Shown here piece after piece: positions 56,641-64,000 of a stretch of DNA of 64,000 nt (its first letter is position 1; the number at the start of each line of letters is the position of its first letter). This stretch comes from a virus. The stretch is taken from IMG/VR virus record IMGVR_UViG_3300027749_000063, positions 1 to 64,000 of that record. One strand, given 5' to 3'. The translations under genes and the position numbers were made by a program. The notes below the pieces were generated by a model that was not told where the DNA came from, made no database searches, and saw only the letters and a program-made list of their open reading frames with translations.

Positions 56641-59600
56641 ATGGCAAAAATAAACTGTCCTGATAGGGGTAATAAAGATTTCTTAGATTTAAGTAATGCA
56701 CTAGGCAGTGATGCTTTAGCTAAATTTATATGGTATAAGAATAGCAACCTTCCTTTGAATCAAACAGAGGACGCAGAAGGAAACATTGTACCTAGTGAAG
56801 TATATGATCGTATATTAAATGAAGTTGCAGAAGGTAATGAGGCACAAGCTTTAGCTATGGTCTCTACTATGTATCTTCCTAGTTTCCAAGAAAAGTACAG
56901 AGAAGAAGATCCAGCCTTTACAGTTGACTACATAAAACAAGAAGTACAAGATCATCAAGACAAAGCAGCTAAGAGACAAGGACAACTTATAGAGGAAAAG
57001 ATAATTCCAGGTACAAAAACTCTTTACATTCAAACACCTGAAGGAGACATTGTATACACTCAAGAAGAGGGTAAGGAAATCTTTGACAGCTTAGAGTATT
57101 TATTGGCTACAAAGAAAAGTTGGAAAAGTACTATTGATGCTTTGAAAGAAAGATTCGAAGACATTAGAACTAAAGTAAAAAACTCTACTGTAGATCCTAA
57201 TGTTATAGTTACACCCCAAGATACTCTAGTAGGAAAAAACCTTGTTAACATTTTAAAGAACTGGCCTCAAGTAAAAGCTTGGTATCTAAGTCAAGAATCT
57301 GTATTTGGATTAGAAGCAATAGATGATGAGGTTAATCAAGAGATAGGTAACAGTCCTTACAATAAGAATGCGCATGACTCAAGTCAGATGGATTTGGCTT
57401 CATCCCAAGTTATCAAACTAGTACAAGCTTTACCTAAGTACAATAAACTAACTACACAAGATAGAAAAGATATTAAGTCAGGTAAGAAAAGTATATCTGA
57501 CTTTCAAGTAATAAGTAACATTACTGGATTTCCTGTAGTAGGGAACTTCTCTACTAACTGGAATGTACTTACTTCAAGTCTATCAGGAATAACTGAATAC
57601 CCTAAAATTCTTGCAGAGTTAGCGGTAGTAGCACAAGAGTATCCACAGTTTAATGATATGGTTTCTTTGCTTCCTGAAGAGGATGTGCAAGACGTAGATC
57701 TAAACACAGCAAACTTTGTAGCTTCTTTTGTACAGACAGTCTCTATGCCAGAGATTCTTGCATACCAACTATCTGTTAAAAAACTTACAGGTTCTACTGA
57801 ATCAAGTAACTTGGTTAGTAAAGTATTCCAACTAGGTACTAGAACAACTGATAACCTAGTTAGATACTTTGATGAGGATTACTTTAAGTCTAATCCTAAA
57901 TACGGAACTGTAAATGACAAAGGTGAGACAGTTTTAAATGTACCTAAGTTATTAGAAGATTTTAGTTACATAAAGAACATCAAACAATTCTTTGCAGGAC
58001 GTAATAAACTTACAAATGAGAAGGGAGATTATACTCCAGAAGGCAAAGAGTTATTACAAGGGATACATAAGTTCTACAATGCCTTAGGTATTATTCCTAC
58101 TAATGCACTTTACCAAAAAGATAAGAAAGCGCTTTATGACTTTTTATCTGATACTACTTTTACTGTAAGAGAACTGTATGACAAATTAGAAGAGAGTATA
58201 GATAACACTTCTATTACTCAACCTTTACAATTTTTAGGTAAGTCACAAGGATCAGGTAAAGCACTAGGACCTAAGTTTGATGCTATTAATGCAGTTGTAG
58301 GATACTATGGTAAATTTGAAAGAGAGTTTGCTTCAGGTTCTTACTTTAACTCTGAAGATAAACTTCAGTACAATAAAGTACAGTACTTCTACCTTACTCA
58401 AGTAACTAATGCTTTAAACTCTGTAAAGAGTTATAACGAACTTATAGCTAAGCCAGAGTTTGCTCACCTTGATGTTAGATTGAATCCTAATATTATAGGA
58501 TCTCTTTGGTTAGAAAAAATGTTTGGTATTACTGTTAAGGATAAAACCTTACCTCAGTTATACAAAGAACTTAATTCAGGTAAACAGTTTCCTAGACTTA
58601 AAACACAGTTTAGTAAACAAGACTTTAAGATTAACATTGTAAACTTCTCAGGAGTTAAGGTTGAAGCAGATTTAAAAGACGGTGTAACTACTACCGAACT
58701 TACTTCTGAAGATAAAATTATACAGGATTTTGCTTCTTTCTTCCAAGAAGGTATGACAGAGAACATCCGCTTTGGAGACAAAGGAACTTCTTATGCTACC
58801 ATGACCTCAGGTAAAGTAGAAGAAAGAATGTACGTACCTTTAGATCCTGCAGTATTAGGTAGTAGTGAAAAGTCTACTGTAGTAGAAAAAGTACTAGCAG
58901 ACCAATTCAAGGCTTACCTAACTTCAGAGGTAGCAAGAGTACTCAACATTCTAAATAGCGATAAGAAGCACGTATACAATACAAAAGGAAAAGAGTTGTT
59001 TATATTCAAAGACATCCTTCCTAAAGAAGATTATGCTGACTTAACTAGTAACGACAAAGCAACTGTTATAGCAGCCTTTACTCGTGTTAGTGATCAATTA
59101 CCTACTCACTTGAGTAAGTACTTTGAAACACAAACTGCTCTCTACAAACAACGTCTAATAGAATCTACACTAGGAGACAAGAGTGCTATTACTGATAACT
59201 CTACTGAACAACAGAAGGATCAAGACTTAGCAAATATGTTAAATGCTTTAAACTTTGCTAATCCTGCCTTGTTTAAAAAGAATAAGATTACTCCACAAAA
59301 CTTAGACTACGTTATAGCTAACTACTTAAAGAATGATTTCATTCATAAGGTAGAGTTTATGAAAGTCTTTGTAGGAGACATTGCTAACTTCCAAGTTAAG
59401 GGAGACTTTCGTGAGGTATTTAAACGTATTCCTTTTACTTCTTCTCCTGGATTTGTATTCCAAGACAATGCTGCTGTAATGGCTTATTTAAATAATAGTG
59501 GGAACACTAATGGTTTATACAAAGCATTAAGAGGAGCAACTCAGAAGTTTCGTAAGACAGTTAGAACAGTTGTCTTTAATGATGTAAATACATTTAGTAA

Positions 59601-62600
59601 AGAAGACTGGCCTACTTACAGAGCAGCTTTAGGACTTCCTGATACATTAGAGTACCAAGAGTATGTCAACTCTCCTAAAGAAGCAGATGCTCAGGGTTTA
59701 GTTAGTTTAGATTTTTATCGTAACTACATACTAGGATTAGGTCAATGGTCTCAAGAACAAGAAAACGCTTACTTAAATGAGATTGAAATATTTAAAATCT
59801 TAAACAAGAAAGATAAAACTGAAGAGGACTATGCAAAGATGCAAGAACTCAAGGACAGTACAAACTATGTAGGATTTCCTCCACTTAAGTTAGGTCACTA
59901 CGGAGCTATTGTAGAGGATCCCAAGTTAACTGCCTTACATAAGTATTCTTTGGCTCCAATGATTCCTTCTATGATTGCAGGAACTCAATTAGAGGAGTTG
60001 AATAAGCAAATGATTGCTAAGCAAATTGACTATGCAACATTTAACTCAGGTTCTAAAGCTTCTAACTATGGAGATGCCTTAGACTTTTATGTACCAGATG
60101 CAGACAATGCAGGTACACTTAAAGTAAACCCTAGTATTAAAGGAAACAACATTACGTCTTTACACTTAAAGAATCTTAAACAACAGCAATACATTGCTCC
60201 TAAATTTAAGAATGAGGCTACACTTTCTACACAGATGGTTAAGCTTATCTTTGGTGACTTTTTTACTGCAGGAAACCTAAGCAACTTGAATGCAGGTACA
60301 GCTAAGACAGTCCAAGATTTATACAAAGAGTACGATCAAGTGCTTGGTAATATCATTGGAATAGAAGAAGCAAACTTATTTAATAAGATAGGTTTGACAA
60401 GAGATTCTAGTGGAGCTATATTAGGATTTGATAATAAGAAGTTCTATAACTTCCTAAAGAGTGAGATGGAAAAAAGAGACACTAGTCAGTCTCTTAGGCG
60501 TTACATCCAATTAGATGCAGCAGGAAACTTAAAATATCCCTTAGACGCTACTAAGAATAGAGCAGAGATAGAAAACATCTTATTGTCTATTATTAATAAC
60601 AAGATTATCTCACAGAAACTTCACGGAGAGTCTTACATCCAGATGGCTTCTACAGCTCAGGGAAGTACTAGATTTACTAAACCTACTGAAGAACAGATTA
60701 AGAAGTTTGGAATTAATGGCTTAAGATTCTATCGCAAAGGGGTAAATGGTACAGAGCCTGCAGATGTTAAGATTGCGTTTAATCCTAAGAAGCATGCTCC
60801 TCTATTAAACTTAACCTTTAAAGGACAAAAGATTGGTACAGTAGAAAGACTTAATAAAATTCTAAAGTCTAATAACAAAGAAGCAACTGATTGGGTAGAT
60901 CAACATACAAAACAACTTACTTTAGTAGGAGTACGTATTCCTGTACAGGGTTTAAATTCTATGGAGTATTTTAGAGTAAGAGAGTTCTTATCTACTAGTG
61001 CAGGTCCTGTAATTGTAGTTCCTCCTCAAATTATTGTTAAGGCTGGTTCTGACTTTGATATAGATAAGTTAACTATGTTTGAACCTAAATTGGATCAAAA
61101 TGGTCAATTAATTAATGATGCAGGTTTTACATTAGAAAATTATAATAAAGCATTACCAACTAAAGCTGAGTCTGTACGAATATTAAAAACTTTAAGAGCA
61201 GCTAAACAATCTCTAGTTGAGACCTTAGAAACTATTCCTTCTTATTTAAACAAGAAAGAATTAGAGAAAGAGATAAAAGAACTTAACGAATCTATGTCTT
61301 CTACCGAGGAGAACATAGGCAAGTTTGCTAATACAAAAATGAACTTAGAAGAACTTCAGGCTTTAATGTCAGAAGGATCTACTGAGAAAGAAGACTTGAT
61401 TAAACAAAAGATAGAAGAAGTTAAAGCGTTAAGTAAGTCTGGAGAATTAGCGGGTGCATTATCTGCATTGAAAGCACTCAAAAATGAAATTGGAGATTAC
61501 TCATCTGCTGTGTCTAACGTAAACAACTTTAAGGACGGTAACGTTAACAGACTTATAGATGTGTTTACTTCAGTTATCTCAATGCCTGAGAACTATAACA
61601 AGTTAGTTCTTCCTAATACAAACACAATCTTAACAGAGATCTCTGACAAGTTAAATCAGAATCCAATTACTTCTACTGGTTTGTTTAGTCCTCTTACATC
61701 TAATCGTGTATATGGAGACAATATCGAGTCTAAGAAAGCTTTGGGTATTGACGCTAAACTTAACACTATGCAGAAGGAGTTCCAAATTGCAGGCTTAGTT
61801 TACAATAACGAACTCTCTGGATTTTATCCTTTTGATGCAAACAGAGTAAACGGAGGTATTAGCTTAGGAGAACAAACTCTTACAGATGGAACTGTTATCT
61901 CTAGGGTAATCAGTGAAACAATTAACGGGCACGTAGATATTGCAAAAGAAGATTGGATTATTCTTTTAGGTTTAGATAAAGCTAAGACTCCTCTTTTTCA
62001 TGCTATGATTCTTGCAGGTACTCCTGTAAGAACTGCTTTAGATTTTTTGAACAAGCCTTTAGTTAAGTATGTACTTAAAGAATCTAACAGAGGTCTGTTG
62101 TTTAAACAAATTGGAATGAGAAGAGGAAGACCAGTTAGTATGACATTTAAGAATGTAATGGTGCAAACATTAAAAGACTTAAATGTATCCGACAACACTA
62201 AGTCTTACATTAATATTGCAATAGATACTTTTAGTAATAAAGATGTAGTTAAGTTTAAACCTTTGATGATGGATTTAAATCGTTTCATCACTGAAGGTGG
62301 AGTTAACAATGAATCAGATAAACAACAACTAGAAGATTTGTTTAACTTGTATATAATTAAAGAGTTACAAGGATCAGTTCAACAGTTAACTAGTTTAGTA
62401 GATTACAACACTAAGAGATTCCAAAACTCCTATCAAGTAAAAGCAGATGCAATTACTTACGGCAGAGTAGTAGAAAGTTTTAATAGAGACGGTTTAAATA
62501 AACTTACTCAACAGTCTGCTTTATCTAACTTTAACCAAGCAGGAACAGTTCTTTCCCTCATGCCACAAGTATTTGATGTATCTAATCATCCTTCAGTATT

Positions 62601-63756
62601 AGATGCTATTTCTCAATACACTAATAGAGCAGGAAAATATACTGACGATGACTTAGTAAAAGCATCTAAAAAGATTAAAGACAATTATCTAGTAGCAATG
62701 GTTCAACTTTTTGGTGTAGATCAAACAGGTACTAAGTTACAAGACAAGTTTTTCTCTGCTGCTGGATTGTTTAATAAAACCAATCCTAATAACATAGCAA
62801 AGAAACTTGCTGACCTTACAGAAAAGTATAGTGATCTATCTAAGAATCAGATAATTGCTAACCTTTACACTGCTGAGAATTCGTCAAAGAATATTATATT
62901 TAAGCTTAGAAATGCTAATCTAGATGCTTATCTAGTAGGTGAGTATGAGAAAGCATTTATAGAAGGACTTAATGATGTGAGAGAAGATGTAAGCGAGTTA
63001 TTTAAGAACATTGGTCTGGGTACATTCTTACAGTTTGGCTTTAGCAATAACTCTTATGGCTTATCTCAAGTAATTCCTTACGAGACTTACGTAGACCAAA
63101 CGACTAAAGCAGTAAACAAACTTAAGTTAATGCAGGGGAACAAAATAGTATCTGAACAACTCGCTGGATATATTTCTCAGATGACTTATTTTAATGACAG
63201 CAAAGATGTTCCTACTTTAGTCTTAGATAAGAACGTAGCTAAGAGAGAGCATGAGCCAGACTTTAATGTTAGATTACTTTTGATAGAAGAAAAAATAGAT
63301 AGTGCTCTTAGAGGAATTCTAACTTTCCAAACTAAAAACTATACAAATCTTGAAAATCTTAAGTCTACAAATAGATTCAGAGGACTTCGTATAGAGTTTG
63401 TAGACAAATTATCTACTAGTAAAAATACTCCAGTTGCTATGCGAAACTCTAACGGAGTTATACAAATAGCAGAGAAAGACTTACTTAATAAGTTTAACGA
63501 TAAAGCATGGACTAAGTCAGCTAAACAAAAAGATGACAGTTATTCTACTCCTTTAGCTTCAGATGAGTTTAAATCCTTTGAAGAGTTTTTAACTTTTGCT
63601 TTGATACATGAAGTAAAACATGAGACTATAAAGAAGTCAGAAGACCAAACAATAGGTCAGTACGAAGATCAGATCAATGAAGCAGCTTTAGTTGATCTTA
63701 GAAACAACTACAAGCAAGAAAAGTTTGATGATGTAGTAGATCCATTTAAATGTTAA
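56641..63756 (+). CDS. virion RNA polymerase (crAss-like two-barrel, single chain)
   Basis: ADAQG, PPLK, KYS, SGSK, RIPVQG and GSDFDIDKL (DFDID at 61051-61065); C-terminal HEVKH. Confidence 0.9.
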   Translation: MAKINCPDRGNKDFLDLSNALGSDALAKFIWYKNSNLPLNQTEDAEGNIVPSEVYDRILNEVAEGNEAQALAMVSTMYLPSFQEKYREEDPAFTVDYIKQEVQDHQDKAAKRQGQLIEEKIIPGTKTLYIQTPEGDIVYTQEEGKEIFDSLEYLLATKKSWKSTIDALKERFEDIRTKVKNSTVDPNVIVTPQDTLVGKNLVNILKNWPQVKAWYLSQESVFGLEAIDDEVNQEIGNSPYNKNAHDSSQMDLASSQVIKLVQALPKYNKLTTQDRKDIKSGKKSISDFQVISNITGFPVVGNFSTNWNVLTSSLSGITEYPKILAELAVVAQEYPQFNDMVSLLPEEDVQDVDLNTANFVASFVQTVSMPEILAYQLSVKKLTGSTESSNLVSKVFQLGTRTTDNLVRYFDEDYFKSNPKYGTVNDKGETVLNVPKLLEDFSYIKNIKQFFAGRNKLTNEKGDYTPEGKELLQGIHKFYNALGIIPTNALYQKDKKALYDFLSDTTFTVRELYDKLEESIDNTSITQPLQFLGKSQGSGKALGPKFDAINAVVGYYGKFEREFASGSYFNSEDKLQYNKVQYFYLTQVTNALNSVKSYNELIAKPEFAHLDVRLNPNIIGSLWLEKMFGITVKDKTLPQLYKELNSGKQFPRLKTQFSKQDFKINIVNFSGVKVEADLKDGVTTTELTSEDKIIQDFASFFQEGMTENIRFGDKGTSYATMTSGKVEERMYVPLDPAVLGSSEKSTVVEKVLADQFKAYLTSEVARVLNILNSDKKHVYNTKGKELFIFKDILPKEDYADLTSNDKATVIAAFTRVSDQLPTHLSKYFETQTALYKQRLIESTLGDKSAITDNSTEQQKDQDLANMLNALNFANPALFKKNKITPQNLDYVIANYLKNDFIHKVEFMKVFVGDIANFQVKGDFREVFKRIPFTSSPGFVFQDNAAVMAYLNNSGNTNGLYKALRGATQKFRKTVRTVVFNDVNTFSKEDWPTYRAALGLPDTLEYQEYVNSPKEADAQGLVSLDFYRNYILGLGQWSQEQENAYLNEIEIFKILNKKDKTEEDYAKMQELKDSTNYVGFPPLKLGHYGAIVEDPKLTALHKYSLAPMIPSMIAGTQLEELNKQMIAKQIDYATFNSGSKASNYGDALDFYVPDADNAGTLKVNPSIKGNNITSLHLKNLKQQQYIAPKFKNEATLSTQMVKLIFGDFFTAGNLSNLNAGTAKTVQDLYKEYDQVLGNIIGIEEANLFNKIGLTRDSSGAILGFDNKKFYNFLKSEMEKRDTSQSLRRYIQLDAAGNLKYPLDATKNRAEIENILLSIINNKIISQKLHGESYIQMASTAQGSTRFTKPTEEQIKKFGINGLRFYRKGVNGTEPADVKIAFNPKKHAPLLNLTFKGQKIGTVERLNKILKSNNKEATDWVDQHTKQLTLVGVRIPVQGLNSMEYFRVREFLSTSAGPVIVVPPQIIVKAGSDFDIDKLTMFEPKLDQNGQLINDAGFTLENYNKALPTKAESVRILKTLRAAKQSLVETLETIPSYLNKKELEKEIKELNESMSSTEENIGKFANTKMNLEELQALMSEGSTEKEDLIKQKIEEVKALSKSGELAGALSALKALKNEIGDYSSAVSNVNNFKDGNVNRLIDVFTSVISMPENYNKLVLPNTNTILTEISDKLNQNPITSTGLFSPLTSNRVYGDNIESKKALGIDAKLNTMQKEFQIAGLVYNNELSGFYPFDANRVNGGISLGEQTLTDGTVISRVISETINGHVDIAKEDWIILLGLDKAKTPLFHAMILAGTPVRTALDFLNKPLVKYVLKESNRGLLFKQIGMRRGRPVSMTFKNVMVQTLKDLNVSDNTKSYINIAIDTFSNKDVVKFKPLMMDLNRFITEGGVNNESDKQQLEDLFNLYIIKELQGSVQQLTSLVDYNTKRFQNSYQVKADAITYGRVVESFNRDGLNKLTQQSALSNFNQAGTVLSLMPQVFDVSNHPSVLDAISQYTNRAGKYTDDDLVKASKKIKDNYLVAMVQLFGVDQTGTKLQDKFFSAAGLFNKTNPNNIAKKLADLTEKYSDLSKNQIIANLYTAENSSKNIIFKLRNANLDAYLVGEYEKAFIEGLNDVREDVSELFKNIGLGTFLQFGFSNNSYGLSQVIPYETYVDQTTKAVNKLKLMQGNKIVSEQLAGYISQMTYFNDSKDVPTLVLDKNVAKREHEPDFNVRLLLIEEKIDSALRGILTFQTKNYTNLENLKSTNRFRGLRIEFVDKLSTSKNTPVAMRNSNGVIQIAEKDLLNKFNDKAWTKSAKQKDDSYSTPLASDEFKSFEEFLTFALIHEVKHETIKKSEDQTIGQYEDQINEAALVDLRNNYKQEKFDDVVDPFKC

Positions 63757-63767
63757 AATAAGAAGAC

Positions 63768-64000
63768 ATGGCAACTTGTAACGTAAGAACAACAAACAAA
63801 GAGTATATGGTTAGTAAGGGAGCCCTAGAGAATGGGTCTGCTAAAGTAAAAAATGAACGTCTATTTGATGTGCATAATGCAGAGATAAGAGATGCAGCAA
63901 ACCAACGCTATAACCTAAAGACTGAAGAACTTCCTTTCTCTAAGGCAGTAAGAGATATTCCTAGAAGTGGTAGAACAGCTTCTAATTATTTCATAGAGTG
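63768..64000 (+). CDS. next large virion protein, 5' partial
   Basis: ATG at 63768 (MATCNVRTT...), open to the end of the window. Confidence 0.65.
   Translation, partial: MATCNVRTTNKEYMVSKGALENGSAKVKNERLFDVHNAEIRDAANQRYNLKTEELPFSKAVRDIPRSGRTASNYFIE

Noticed and set aside
9224-62198. Many short antisense or off-frame ORFs in the track (e.g. 9224, 17010, 30358, 40956, 58554)
   Set aside because: Shadows of long + strand genes with no protein-like features
1-64000. Stop-codon reassignment, as in some Crassvirales
   Set aside because: Long genes are intact in the standard code, TAG and TGA both end genes, and no suppressor tRNA is seen

Overview
This is an AT-rich 64-kb segment of a Crassvirales (crAss-like) podophage genome, read in the standard genetic code. 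The host is inferred to be Bacteroidota from repeated TTG-N19-TAnnTTTG promoters, signal peptides cleaved before Gln, and a T9SS-type C-terminal domain. 1-7.4 kb (- strand) is an accessory/early-type array of small genes with a tRNA-Glu, a 117-nt tRNA-like RNA, several structured non-coding cassettes and a 7-copy CTCTTCTC motif. 7.6-14.2 kb (+) holds a modular tail fibre, a holin-like gene and a His/Cys (YkuD-like) endolysin. 14.2-21.7 kb is the best candidate for an undescribed system: a phage-encoded cell-envelope operon. It encodes a secreted zincin, a cohesin-dockerin-cohesin-T9SS-CTD scaffold, two inner-membrane proteins, a CsgG-like lipoprotein and paralog, a Ser-linker beta-barrel (interrupted by a homing endonuclease) and a dockerin protein with a passenger domain. 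22.5-64 kb is the crAss-like structural module: TerL, portal, scaffold-like protein, MCP, ring/tail/muzzle proteins, ferritin-like protein, basic core proteins, ejection proteins and a 2371-aa virion RNA polymerase. All family assignments come from reading motifs and synteny by eye; no searches were run.
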